This document shows, one piece after another, positions 1 through 13,817 of a stretch of DNA of 64,000 nt. The stretch comes from Octopus vulgaris (taxonomy: Eukaryota), in NCBI GenBank assembly GCA_951406725.2, contig OX597828.1, positions 20,274,001-20,338,000 on the forward strand, given 5' to 3'. Under the pieces are notes generated by a model, which was given only the letters and a program-made list of their open reading frames with translations, was not told the origin of the DNA and did not search any database. Each line of letters begins with the position of its first letter. Within the stretch, counting starts at the first letter, position 1. The position numbers and the translations under genes are program-made.

Positions 1-145
1 ATTTATTCTATCGGCATCTTTTGCCGAACCGCTAATTTACGGGGATATAAACACACAAACATTAGTGTCAAGCAATGGTGGGAGGACAAACACAGACACA
101 AAAATACATACATATATATACATATATACATACACACATACATAC

Positions 146-175
<30 letters not shown>
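1..175 (-). mobile_element. SINE family B, 3' half with internal (TA)n/(CA)n tract
   Basis: Reverse complement matches the 3' half of the full copies at 22045-22455 and 25830-26205 (tttgtcc..ccaccat.gcttgaca, gcggttcggcaaaag, gatagaataa). Confidence 0.8.
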
Positions 176-177
<2 letters not shown>

Positions 178-590
178 GGTGGCTGCCCCGTCGTTATCGA
201 GTATGACCATTGCGAGAAGCTTAATCAATGTTGTTTTCGTGCAATGCCTGTGCAAGAAGATTGTGCAAGTGAGGAAAGGCTGTGCACTGAGTCAATCCCA
301 CTCACTAAGCAACAGCAGCCATAATCCGAAAAGAAGAACAAGTCAACACCATCGGTAACCACTGAGCCGCAGGTTTTATGTCGGAGTTATCCCAGTTACC
401 TGAGTTACCTTCTCCTAGAAGGATGCCCTAACAAAGTCTAGGAGTCCTTCATTCCCAATGGTTTAACCGCGCGATCGGGTATTCAGTCCGATTATTTCTA
501 TATCTCCGCGCATAATACAGCCTTAAGACATTTATTGGATGGCCGTTGACTCTCAAGAGTTCCTCCGCCCTTTGACGGGTTTCGTTTTTT
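176..590 (-). mobile_element. Possible RTE-related non-autonomous repeat
   Basis: Minus strand contains tagggcatccttctaggagaaggtaactc, resembling the conserved RTE-clade 5' UTR motif. No ORF. Confidence 0.35.
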
Positions 591-595
591 TATCC

Positions 596-955
596 TGCGG
601 TATTTCGTCTACAGTTACGTTCTGAGTTCAAATTCCGCTGAAGCCGACTTTGCCTTTCATCCTTTCGGGGTCGATAAATTAGGTACCTGTTACGCACTGG
701 TGCCGATGTAATTGACTTAACCCCTTTGTCCGCCCCCTCTACGTTAAGCCCTTCGTGGGGAATAAAGAAATTAGGAAGCTGTAAATAAACCCCATTGAGG
801 TGATTGTATCCGACGTCGACTTTGCCTTTCATCCTTTCGGGGTCGATAAATTAAGTACCAGTTACGCACTGGGGTCGATGTAATTGACTTAATACCTATG
901 TCTGTCCTTGTTTGTCCGCTCTTTGTTTAGCCCCTTGTGGGTAATAAAGAAATAT
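596..955 (+). mobile_element. SINE family A (tRNA-derived, Meta-domain-like core), partial tandem pair
   Basis: B-box gagttcaaattcc is followed by gcctttcatcctttcggggtcgataaatta.gtacc, and this core occurs twice. Confidence 0.8.
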
Positions 956-2046
956 GTATCAATAATCCAAACAGCAAGGCCTTGTTTCACTTGTTCTGTC
1001 ACGCTGATACTGACTAAGTATTCTCTCAAGGAGAGACACGCTTGTGGAATGTTCAGTTACTTAATCGTTCATAGTGGAGCAGGTAATTCAGTTGCTTGAA
1101 TATTTGAAGCCACACCCTGAAACGGCGGAGATCAAACACCACCACCACCACCATAACCACCACCATGATTCTGCTCTACTTTGCTGAGAAAAACGTCACA
1201 CAGTTCGACCTTTAGCTATGAATTGTGTGTGATTCAGTAATCGTTCATAACATGTTTACATCCAAAATTATATTTATCTATATCCACAATAGATGGAATC
1301 AAGGTAAACCCTGTCAGAGTACAGCTGTTGCTGTTGTTTTGCACACATATATGGAACTTATATTTCGTCGCAGTGTTTGGAGATATCAAGGCTTTTAGTA
1401 CTGCAACAAATTTTGCTTCTACCATCTTTTGTGTTTGACTGAATAGCGAAGAAGGCATAGCCTTTTAGGATGCTTTTGTAACGTTCTAAAGTGTTACAAA
1501 GATTTCGGTGCATAGGAAGATATTTTTATGACAATGCTAGGGACTGTAGTTGCTTGAATTTATTACGGCCACAAACTACGTCTTTAGCATGTCCAAATGT
1601 GTTTTATTTCAAGTAGTTTACTCCAAGCACATTGTGGAATGTTCTAATGTGTTGTATAAATTTCAGTACGCAGAGAGATTATTCTTTTCTGTAACACTTG
1701 GCCACTGTAATTCTTAAAATTTGCAGCGGCAACCAACTGCATTTTCGCATATACAAATATCTTTTATTTCAATCATTTTTGCTTCGTTGTATAGCTGATG
1801 GATGTTTTCTGTAAAAAAACTACAATGACACGTATAAATGTGGTGTACTGTGTACTTTTGAAGTTTATAAACGTTCATAGGAAGAATGATTGCATGATTT
1901 ACAACACATCAGATACGTTGATCGTTCATCATGTATTTTTCTCTTCTTGTTGGTCAAATGTCGTACTTGTGAGTACGTTTCCTCTAATTCGTTTCCTATC
2001 TTCTACGGATTCTCTGACTGTAATGGACGATGTTGAAGTGGTTCTT

Positions 2047-2095
<49 letters not shown>

Positions 2096-2380
2096 GTGTG
2101 TGCGTGTGTGTGTAGTGTCTATGTTGTTAAGTGTGATTATAGGTTTTGCTTGATATTCTTTGTGTTATTTGAAAGAATAAAAGCAGTAGATTTAACATTT
2201 TTTTTTTACTCTAGTAAGACTGTTGCTTAAGTGTAAGGTTGCTAGGCGATTCACATGTGTCTCGAGCAGTTTTCTTGGATTGTCGCGAGAATAGTCGAAA
2301 GTCGTGTCTTTTCATATCCTTCAGAGGCTATGTGTGTTTTTTTGTGTATGTATATATAAACACACACACATATATATATT

Positions 2381-2463
<83 letters not shown>

Positions 2464-2742
2464 TTGTATATGAAATTATATATATAAATATATATATATA
2501 TATATGCATGTAAATATATTTATATATACAAATATATATTATATATATATATATATATAAATACAGAAGTATATATATACATATATATGTATATATGATA
2601 TATATATATATATATATATGAACATTTATATATATCTCTATATATATATATACATATATGTATGTATATAAATATACATATACATACATATATATATATA
2701 CATATACATTATATATGTATATATATACATATACATATATAC

Positions 2743-2787
<45 letters not shown>

Positions 2788-2809
2788 CGTATGTGTGTGT
2801 GTGCGCGCG

Positions 2810-2842
<33 letters not shown>

Positions 2843-3159
2843 ACGTTCATGAATTAGATTTGCAAGATTCCAGATGTGGGATCGTGTGTTGAAACAGATA
2901 TTGTTACGTTCCGAGGTGTCCATTTATTTATTTATTTATTTTGGTCTTCTTTTTTGGCCACATAAACACACGCGGCATATATTCGTTCTTAGGAGAAAAC
3001 ATGTGGATGGAAGTGTCGTTGAAAAGGTCATAGATGTGTGACGAAAGATTGCCAGACAATGGATGACATTAGATAATAATAATAATAATAATCGAGAGAA
3101 GTAGAAATACGTAATGCGATTGTTTATTTGGCCAAAAAATTACCATCCTAAGATACAAC

Positions 3160-3198
<39 letters not shown>

Positions 3199-3200
<2 letters not shown>

Positions 3201-3365
3201 GACAGGCTTCTTTCAGTTTCCGTCTACCAAATCCACTCACACGGCTTTGGTCGGCCCGAGGCTATTAGCAGAAGACACTTGCCCAAGGTGCCATGCAGTG
3301 GGACTGAACCCGGAACCATGTGGTTGGTAGACAAGCTACTTACCACACAGCCACTCCTACGCCTA
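3199..3365 (-). mobile_element. SINE family B, 5' half
   Basis: Minus strand reads taggcgtaggagtggctgtgtggtaag...gggttcagtccc...ccttgggcaagtgtcttc and ends at a (TA)n tract. Confidence 0.85.
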
Positions 3366-3952
3366 AGATTTTTTAATTTGAGAGCACTGAAAAAAAACTT
3401 AAGCATACTTATCTGACCAGGCGACATCAAACAATCTATGTCCAGCGAACAGTACTTCTGAATTCAAGCAGACGAATGAGATATCGTATTCCTCTTCATT
3501 TACCCACGTGTGCCAGCGAGTAAAATTCTACAGAATACTGCCGATTACTATCAGGGTGAGAATTATATTGTCAATAATAATAAAGGGTAAAATTAATTAA
3601 TTAATTAATAATTTAAAAAATATTTGAATTCGGAAGTACTGGTCGTTGGACATACATTGTCTGATGTCGACTGGTCAGATAAGTATGTTTAATTGTTTTT
3701 CAGTGCTCTCAAATGAAAGTCTTCAATAATTGTACTGAAGGGACAATGAGAGAGTAGAATTATGATTTTACATTTTCACATCTCTCTAACTCCGAAACGC
3801 GTATACAGCTAATCAAAGCCGGGTGGATTATTATTTTTTTCTCTTTACCTACGTAAGTTGTTGAGCATTGCTGCCTGGGAGATTTTCTTATGGTAGTGAA
3901 AAAATTGTAGTTTTAACTGCTATTTCTAAATTTCGGTATGTGTGTGAAGCAA

Positions 3953-3957
<5 letters not shown>
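3365..3957 (+). mobile_element. Non-coding fold-back module with HHR motif (Penelope pLTR/retrozyme-like)
   Basis: Inverted arms at 3365-3467 and 3624-3723. HHR motif at 3731-3807. Spacer and 3' end resemble the 62918-64000 element. Ends in (TA)n. Confidence 0.7.
3731..3807 (+). ncRNA. Minimal type I hammerhead ribozyme motif (degenerate)
   Basis: Stem I tgta/taca, core CTGAAG(G), stem II gga..tcc with inner agagag/ctctct, then GAAAC-GC-GTA with palindromic ACGCGT. A9 is missing or substituted. Confidence 0.6.
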
Positions 3958-3995
<38 letters not shown>

Positions 3996-4429
3996 TAAAT
4001 AAATTCTTGGCTGTGAAAACAAAACAAGTACCAATAATGACTGAAGAACTAAGGTACCATATGGACCCCAGCTGAGAACCACTGATGTTTATCCTCGCCA
4101 ATATCGCATATTACCTCAAGTTTCTTTTCTTTTCCCAAAGCTGCAAAACCATGACTTGTAGCTGCAGCTAAGAACTTCTGGCCATCTCTGTGCTGGAGGC
4201 GAAAACTTCTTTAACTTCAGGGTATTCTGTTTCTTACAGTTCTAGTATTTAGTGCAATAAGTGCTAGGATTGTAAAACCCAGACACAAGGAATCAATGGG
4301 GATTCTACTGTTATCAAGGGTGATTGTGCTAAAATATTCTGGCATTTGTGACAAGAAGAATAGCGTAAAGAACGATAACTGCAACCAGAACCCTTACCTC
4401 TTGGGCTGTTGACATTATTTCTACTTCTG

Positions 4430-4606
4430 AAGGTGAGCTGGCAGAATCGTTAGTGGTATTTCACCAGTCCCTAGGTTCTCAGTTCAAATTCCGCCGAGGT
4501 CAACTTCGCTTTTCATCTTTTCGGGGTCGTGCTGGGGTCGAGCCAATCGACTGCCCCACCCCTCACCCAAATTTTCAGGTTTTGTGCATTTAGAAGAAAG
4601 GATTAT
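4430..4606 (+). mobile_element. SINE family A
   Basis: aggtgagctggcagaatcgttag...agttcaaattccgccgaggtcaac...tttcatcttttcggggtcg. Confidence 0.75.
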
Positions 4607-5217
4607 TTCTACTTCTTTTTCTATCTGTTGTAATCTACCTCGTGTCCATCCTCCCCGCTTTAAAATCTATGGGCGGGAAACTCTTGAAGTGATTTTCTTC
4701 ATAAATAAAAACCGAATGAAATCCAACATGAAAGACACATATTACATAGGAAGAAATTCAATTACTGTTCTAAGAGAAGAAACAAATGCATCTATATCGT
4801 GATATCTTTTGAAGGCATACAACTATGTCTCTTCGAAAAATAGTGTGACGATATACGTCTGCACATAAACAACAACCTCTCATTTATTCCAGCTGGACCA
4901 ATTACAAATGGAACAAAGCATAAGCTTCTCACATGGAATCATATTTATTATTCAAAAGCAAATTTCGGTAAAATTCTCTTACATATTCGACTCGCTGCTC
5001 CAGCATCAAATAATAGTCGTTTGGTATTGCTTTATCTATAATTAAGACACTATTGTCGTGTTTGTACTGGAAAAGATCGTCTAGCACGTTCACTTGGAAC
5101 ATGGTAAGGCCTATGTTAGTATATTGAAATTCTATTGGATCGTCGCCCGATCAATTATTTAAAATGCAGAGGATTTTGTGAGGTGTACACAAATAATAGG
5201 TGGCTATACATGTCTAC

Positions 5218-5316
<99 letters not shown>

Positions 5317-5323
5317 CCTCTTC

Positions 5324-5355
<32 letters not shown>

Positions 5356-5376
5356 GTATGTATGTGTATATATATA

Positions 5377-5424
<48 letters not shown>

Positions 5425-5598
5425 ATACGTATATACATATATATACATATGTACATATACGTATATACATATGTACACACACACACCTCTTTTATGATTT
5501 CTAAATAAGGTACCAGTAAACTAATGTGATCGGTAATATTCAACTGTCCCCTTCTTGTAAAACCATCGCCGCCGCCACCACAGCAACTACAGCAACAT

Positions 5599-5688
<90 letters not shown>

Positions 5689-5706
5689 AATTGCTGCTGC
5701 TGCTGC

Positions 5707-5739
<33 letters not shown>

Positions 5740-6738
5740 TATCACTACTACTACTACTATTGCTGCTGCTGCTACCTCATCACCATACATTATCCATACT
5801 TGTACATCATCATCATTGTTCGACCGTGGTCGAGACAATGGAATTTACCATGTTGCGCCAGATTTCACGGTCCATCATAGCATTACGGAGGTCCTGTTGC
5901 TGGATGCCTGTATCCCTGGTGATTACATCAGGGTTGTACAACTAGAGCCACCATGCTACTAACTATACTATTAACATTAATGCCACAACATCACCAACGC
6001 TAACCTTCACACGACACTACATCCTTAACACAACAAAAACTACCAACAGCACTACCTCCTGTATCAGGATTGTAGATGTAATTGTGAATATGCTGACGAC
6101 GACGGGAGCGGCGGTGGGATTTGTGGTGGTGGTGGTGGTGTTGTTGTTGCTGTTGTTGGTGTTGCTGGTAGTAATTCCACTGTGGTGTTAGTTACTGATG
6201 CCAATGTCCATAGTGTCAATGATGATGATGATAACGATATCGACGACGGCGATGACAACGGTGATGAAAATGTTCATGACGACAACGGCGACGAATGACG
6301 GCGACATTGGTGACGATGATGATGACGATGATGAGGAGGAGGGAGAAGGAGGCGGAAAGGAGGAAGAGGGATAAGGAGGAGGACGACGACAATGACAAGG
6401 ACGACGATGATGAATATGATGATGATGATGACAACGATGATGATGATGACAATGGAGAAAGCAATGATGCAATGTTGATGTTGAAGTCTCTAAACAAATT
6501 TCACGCAAAATTCCTATCTGAAAGGAAACCAATCTAGTGTCCCGAAAATTGTCTCCGTTTCCCTTATTAATTAATGTTTTGCTAATTGATTTAATTATAG
6601 GTGAAAGAGGTAGATGGCAGGAAAATGGGGAAAGAAACAAGAAGCGAGAAAATGAGATATATAGATAGAGAGATTGCATGATAGATGCAAAGAGGACGAT
6701 AGATGTAGATACGTATATAGATAGGTAGATAGATAGCC

Positions 6739-6791
<53 letters not shown>

Positions 6792-6821
6792 CATAGATAG
6801 ATAGATAGGTAGATAGGTAGG

Positions 6822-6912
<91 letters not shown>

Positions 6913-6974
6913 ACGGATAGACGGACAGACAGACAGACAGATAGACAGACAGATAGATACATACTTACATAGAC

Positions 6975-7027
<53 letters not shown>

Positions 7028-7102
7028 CATACATACATACATACATACATACATAAACAGATAGTCATATAAATAAATGTACAGATAGACAAATAGTTAT
7101 TT

Positions 7103-7167
<65 letters not shown>

Positions 7168-7200
7168 GAGGGAGGGAAAGAGAAAGAGGGAGAGTGAGAG
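5218..7200. repeat. Microsatellite cluster: (TATC)n, (CTA)n, (GAT/GAC)n, (GATA)n, (TA)n, (GA)n
   Basis: Perfect and degenerate 2-4 nt repeats are visible directly. Confidence 0.95.
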
Positions 7201-7514
7201 AGAACGAAGTAAATTTAAAAGCGCTGTCTTACATGCATTATCGATCTTATAACTAATTACTTTCACATGATAAATAACAGTTAGGTCACAGTGCCTCTTT
7301 GACATGCTATTTACACTGTCACAATTGTACATCCATCACATTTTCATAGTTATGCAACAATGTTTCTACATTTTCATACACTCCCATCACCGCACGACCA
7401 TGCTGTAATATTGTTACACCGTTCCCTGGTCGCAATGCTCTCTCTAACAGAGTGCGACATTTTCACAATAGCACTGTATCAGTGGTTTTGTGACTATACA
7501 TACATACATATATT

Positions 7515-7880
7515 ACTCTCTTTTACTTGTTTCAGTCCTTTGACTGCGGCCATGATGGAGCACCGCCTTTAGTCGAGCAGATCGACCACAGGACTTGTCT
7601 TTTGTAAGCCTACTACTTTTTCTATCAGTTTCTTTTTCCGAACTGCTAAGTTACGGGGACGTAAACATACCAGCATCCGTTGTCAAGCAATGTTGGGGGG
7701 ACAAACACAGACACTCACACACACACACACACACATACACACACACAATAACACACATACATATACATATATACAACGGGCTTCTTTTCCGTTTCTGTCT
7801 ACCAAATCCACTCACAAGGCTTTGGTCGTCCCAAGGCTATAGTAGAAGACACTTGCCCAAGGTGCTACGCAGTGGGACTG
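7515..7880 (-). mobile_element. SINE family B, 5'-truncated
   Basis: Matches 22045-22455 in reverse, including the internal (TA)(TG) tract and the gactgaaacaagtaaaagag tail. Confidence 0.85.
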
Positions 7881-8175
7881 TATTCTTCCCTGAAGACAGA
7901 AGCTGGCAGTATCCGATGATGGAATCAAGTTGCAATCAGTATTTTGGGCCACCAAGCCCTCAGAAACAGCTGTTAGACTCGTAAAACTCTTAATTAACCC
8001 CTTTAATACCTTATTCCATTTCTATCCTGTGTAAGTCGAACTTTTTCCATATGCCTACATATATACATATTTTGTATTAAATATTTTTAGTAAACTGACT
8101 TGCCTAACTTGCCTGTTCTTAAACTCTGCCTGCTCAAGTTCTTGAGCACTACGAAGTATACTCTATACAGAGCAT
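7881..8175 (+). mobile_element. Penelope-type 3' terminal fragment with HHR-like motif
   Basis: CTGAAGA at 7890 and GAAAC-AGCT-GTT at 7963-7974. Downstream aacccctttaat and ctgtgtaagtcg are shared with 56283-56720. Confidence 0.5.
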
Positions 8176-8201
8176 ATCTGTCTCTAATCTATCTATCTTT
8201 G

Positions 8202-8274
<73 letters not shown>

Positions 8275-8409
8275 ATATATCTATCTATCTATCTATCTGT
8301 CAATCCATATAGTTATCTAACTTTATGAATGCATGTCTGTCTGTCTATCTGTATGTATGTATATATGTATGAATGTATGTATGTATATATGTATATATAT
8401 ATGTATGTA

Positions 8410-8978
8410 CAAGGGTGAGTCAAAAAGTAATGCCGTTTTCTTTAGGACAGGTATAATTGCCAACACAGAAACATGTATCATACATCAAAATGAAGCTGGT
8501 CATCTATGGATCACATCCCTACTTCTCAGCATAGTCACCGTTTCTCTCAATAGCAATGTTCCACCTTCGAATGAGAGAATGTATCCCTGCCCCGTAAAAT
8601 TCTGTTGACTGTTCTTTGAGCCACTTCTCCACTACAGTTTTCACTTCCTAGTCACTAGAATAATGTTTGCCTCTCAAACCCTCTTTCACGGGGCCGAAGA
8701 GATGCTAGTCTGAAGGCGCTAAATCTGGTGACGCGGAAGTGAAAACTGTAGTGAAGAAGTGACTCAAGGAACAGTCAACAGAATTTTACGGGACAGGGAT
8801 ACATGCTCTCATTCGAAGGTGGAACATATGCTTGCTATTAAGAGAAATTGTGACTATGTTGAGAAGTAGGGATGCAATCCACAGAGGACCAGCTTCATTT
8901 TGATGTATGATATATGTTCCTCTGCTGGTAATTATGCCTGTACCAAACAAAATGGCATTACCTTTTGACTCACACTCG
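8410..8978. mobile_element. Palindromic mariner-derived element with TA flanks
   Basis: TIRs caagggtgagtcaaaaagtaatgcc / ggcattaccttttgactcacactcg. The ~240-bp inverted arms encode a mariner C-terminus ([33 protein letters not shown]). SPDLAPSD is on the minus strand near 8710-8731. Confidence 0.85.
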
Positions 8979-8998
8979 TATGTATGTATGTACGTATG

Positions 8999-9032
<34 letters not shown>

Positions 9033-9074
9033 TGTATGTATGTATGTATGTATGTATGTATGTATGTATGTATG

Positions 9075-9242
9075 TTTGTATGTATATTCCTGTTGGCTGA
9101 ACAGGTGCACAGTATACCACGTGTCAGATGTCGATGTGATCTCAGAGCAACGTGAGATGAACTCTTTTGCTCAAGAACATAATGCACCGCCGGGTCCAGG
9201 ACTTGAAACTACCAACTCGCGATCATGAGTGCAATACCCTAA

Positions 9243-9243
<1 letters not shown>
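9075..9243 (-). mobile_element. SINE family C fragment
   Basis: Minus strand ttagggtattgcactcatgatcg...cctggacccggcgg...gttcttgagcaaaa...catctcacgttgctct is similar to 34603-34845. Confidence 0.7.
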
Positions 9244-9289
<46 letters not shown>

Positions 9290-9294
9290 TATAC

Positions 9295-9330
<36 letters not shown>

Positions 9331-9339
9331 TATATATAT

Positions 9340-9396
<57 letters not shown>

Positions 9397-10130
9397 CATA
9401 CACACATACACAAACACACACACATATACATACATATAAACATACATTTGTACATACATGTAGATTACTAGACAGATATATGAAGCGTGTGAGGAAGAGT
9501 GAGAGAGAGAGAGAGCTATGGTGAGAATGCTTCAGTGACCAATTAAATTCTTCTCAACAATGTAATATATAAGATCAAATGTAGTTTAGTTAATGGCGAC
9601 AATGATTTTAAGACTGGAAGTATCAAAATTTTCTTTACGAGACGAATATTTAGCTATAACAATAAGCACTAAAGATCGTCACAATTTAGACAAATTCAGG
9701 GAAGACATTATCAGAACATTTAGCGTTTTCCACCCTCGAGAAACGTAATCGCCAACTAAACTATAGTAGATTTTAATGTTGCACTTGTATTTACACTTAC
9801 CAGAAAAATCCAGTGTAACACCAAATTCAATGAAATAATATCTATTCATCAAGTTCTACGCCCGTAATTAAGAAGTTCCATAATAACATACATCTAATGC
9901 GTACTTCCCAATCCATGTGAAATTTAATAAAGGAAGGAGCTTACTTACCTTAACAGGTAAGCATTTTCCTGCCAAACACAGATATAAGAAACTTATTGAA
10001 CGACACGCCCTTATTGAACGACACATGCTCCGAGAAGGTACATGAATGCCCACAAGGTAAATTATGCAATGAGAAGATCAATATCTATCAAGTAGAGAAC
10101 ACTGTGTAATACAAAGTAGAAATGGTTTAT

Positions 10131-10780
10131 GTTAGTTAGTTAGTTAGTTAGTTAATTTGGCTCAAAAGCAAATAGCAAGGCCATGTAGGGGGACATGGAG
10201 TTAAGTACAGGGTGGTGTTCATGTAAAGAGTTCAGGCCACTTGAGGTCCAGGGAGGCTTTGAACAAAGCGGTCGTCGGCATCTTCACCATCTCGTCTGGC
10301 AGCTTGTTCCACGGATCCTCAACCCGGACGGAGAAAGCTCCTCTCCTTCGATTGAGATGAAATCGTCGCAGGTAGAGCTTTTCGGAATGACCCCGCAGCC
10401 GACGCTCTGGAGCAGGAGTGAAGAACAGCTCTTTCGAGAGGTTACACTTTCCGCTTATAATGTTGTGGGCGAGAATGAGATCACCACGGTGGCGGCGTTT
10501 TTCAAGAGAATAAAGGTCGAGCGTCCTCAGCCTTTCTTCGTAGGACAAATTTTTGAGACCATGAACCATGCGGGTAGCCAGCTTCTGCACTCTTTCGAGA
10601 TGCTGTATGTCTTTGAGGAGATAAGGAGAAGAGGCTTGAATCCCATACTCCAATATGGGTCTCACCAGCGTGACATAGAGTGGTAGGAATATGGCTGCTG
10701 TGAGCATTCCGAATAACCGTCGAATCAAGAACAGAATTCCGCGTGCTTTGTTGGCAGCATGGACGCACTGGGCCGAAGCA
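10131..10780 (-). mobile_element. CR1/L2-group LINE 3' end (ORF2 C-terminus), 5'-truncated, with (TAAC)n tail
   Basis: ORF 10219-10851 contains LYVTLVRPILEYG, LERVQKLATRMV, LSYEERLRTLDLYSLEKRRHRGDLI and FSVRV..WNKLP, typical of the post-RT region. Confidence 0.9.
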
Positions 10781-12019
10781 TGGGTGAGAGAAATAAAATC
10801 AAAGGTTTCGAAATAATGGATACTTCTTTCGACATACTGAAAACGAAACACGTCAAGATTGGCTACACGTTCTAGTGAATTAAAATTTGAAGCATCAGAC
10901 CACAGGATTAACTAGAAAAATCGTTGAAAGATCAAAAGCTTACTAAAATGAGAGCAAAAGGTGAGGTTCGTGCGTAGCAGAGGAAAGAAGCATCTTCAAG
11001 CTTCTTCACGATCAAGACGCTTACTTTACCACAAGATCAGATACATTCGAGAAATGGAGACATTATAAACAGTACTTGTTATGCACTAGAGAACAACCAT
11101 TCAGCGGATTACAACTATACAAATGCACCCCGTTTGAAATTGCTTCCCTTTAAACATTCATCTCAGTAGCTTGTTTTCTCTTGTGCCTTTCCACCTGCAT
11201 CCACTCTTATTTCATGCTTTCATCTAACACATATCTCTCTCCCTTATCACTTTTCTGATTTTCATTGATGTTGTAGTAAATTCACTTAAACCCCCATAGT
11301 AAATTTGTCATTACTTTATTCTAAAACGTGTAACTTCGTTTTCCCAAAATCTGTCAAGAAAAGAAAAACACCTGGCAAGTAGATATAAAATGTATACATA
11401 TGTAATTTATTTGGCCAGCCATAGCCACAGGATCGGCACTTATTTTGCTGACGCTAAGACACACACACACACATATATATACATAAACACACACACGCAC
11501 ACACACACACGTATATTTATGTGCAGTAGTTACATTATTTAAAATGTATATCATTAAACATTATTTACAATCTTAAGATCTCTAAACGACTAAAAAAATA
11601 AATTTATATGAAAATTATTCACGATTTGAGAATCTCTCTATAACGGAGTCGAAAATGGCTACCTATTTCATCTTGTGGGATTTGCTAGCTAATGTGACTC
11701 AAATTATGTCGTAGACACAAGTCCATAACCCAATGTAACACAAGCAAAAGTTCTCCGTTTTGTAGACCAACTCGATATACCAACGCAGTTGTTCATAATG
11801 CACAAACAAGCAGGCCACTGCTTTCCTCTTCTGATTAATGTATTAATAAATTAATTTAGAGAGATAAGAGCATAACGACAATTTCAGCGAAATTGATTTG
11901 TGGTTCGATTCGAGTTCCATGCAGAGAATTAACAAATATTGATCACAATAACTATAATGTTCCGTAAATTATATTAAACCTTATATAGAGGCTTATATAT
12001 ATATCGACACTTATATATG

Positions 12020-12073
<54 letters not shown>

Positions 12074-12718
12074 CGTGTGCGTGTGTGTGTATATATATAT
12101 ATATATAGATATAGATATTTATATATTACATTATATATGTATATATATATATATATACATTATATATATATTCATATATATACACACATATAGACAGTTA
12201 GATAGATAAATGTGCGTGTATATATATTTATATTTATTTATATAAATGTCTGTGTGTCAGTGGGTGGGTGTATGTGTATGCATGTGTGTGTGTGTGTGTG
12301 TGTAAACGTGTATATGTATAAACACATCTTTGTATAAATGATATGCTTTTAGAGGATTAAACATGGAAAGACATTCAATGATACCACAAAATTGCTATTT
12401 AATTTCGCATACACATTCTTACAGAGGAATACAGACGTACACACACAGACACACAAACAACGCTCATATAAATATTCCTAAGAGAATGTATGTTATATAT
12501 GCGTATGTATACAGATATATGTATAAATATATATGTGTATAAATATATGTACATATTTTAAAATATATATATATATATGTATGTATATATGCATGTGTAT
12601 AACTATGCATATATAAGCACATACTCATATATACATATATAAGTGGGTATATGTATATATGTATATATAGTGACGTACAACCATGCATATATCTGTTTTC
12701 ATACCTAAATATGGTGTA

Positions 12719-12784
<66 letters not shown>

Positions 12785-13721
12785 TATATGACTATTTAGA
12801 TATGTGATATATGTGTACGTCTGTTTGTATGAATGAACGGGTGGGTGTACGTATATATATATATGTACATAAATATATACTTGTATGAATATAGATACAT
12901 ATACGCAAAATAACATAAACATTTATGTGTGTGTGTGTGTGCGTGTGTGTGTTTGCGCGTGTGTGTGTGTGATCGTGCAGGTAAATGTTGAAATATAGTG
13001 TACATATGTGTGTGCATATAGAAAATATCTATATGCATCTGTGTTTGCACAAACTGATGTATGTGCGTGTATGTACGTATGTGTGCGTACGTGTGTATAA
13101 ATCTGTCTACATATATATACATTACACACATATAATTGGTTGTTATAACTACATAAATAATATAAAACGCATTCTTCTTATCATAATTGGCTCTGAAATC
13201 AATATTCCGTGGTATAGCTCTCCTTAGACTTTCTACCCTTTTATATATAACTTTAATGCTAACATTTATAAAGCTTATTAATTTTCTTTCTCATTTTTCT
13301 CTTCTTATAAATTTTTATTATTCTATTTTTATTTTGTCTTTTCTCCTCTCCTTCTCTTAAAGTTTATATTTTTCTAGGTAAGACGTTACGTCCAATTTAA
13401 TTTCGATCTAAAATACTTGAGGCGCTATACGTATAGCGTGAGAAACATGTTTATATTTTTAGCATGGCCTCCGTGTTAATATTTTATTGCACAGAATTGT
13501 GGGCATCATTACGTGATCTTACACTCATATAAGCTTTATTGTGGCTTGCGCTGTGTTTTTTTCGTTTTGTTTTGGCTTTTCTTGGAGCTTTCTATCTTGC
13601 TTGTTTCTAATTTCTATTGTTTTTCTTTTAATTTTGTCCAGGTCAGTTTTTTTGTCTGAATTCCTTTATAGAGTATATTGTATGAATTTGTAATGTAAGA
13701 TGCATTTATATCCACAACATA

Positions 13722-13817
<96 letters not shown>

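Noticed and set aside
2030-2923. Long ORFs rich in YI/CV/HT/YLSI (also 5135-5945, 6591-7332, 12464-13987, 50350-51228, 58948-59407)
   Set aside because: These are translations of (TA)n, (TG)n and (TATC)n microsatellites with no real protein signal.
10195-10686. Plus-strand 163-aa ORF (and plus ORFs 47670-49793)
   Set aside because: These are antisense shadows of LINE ORF2 sequences on the minus strand.
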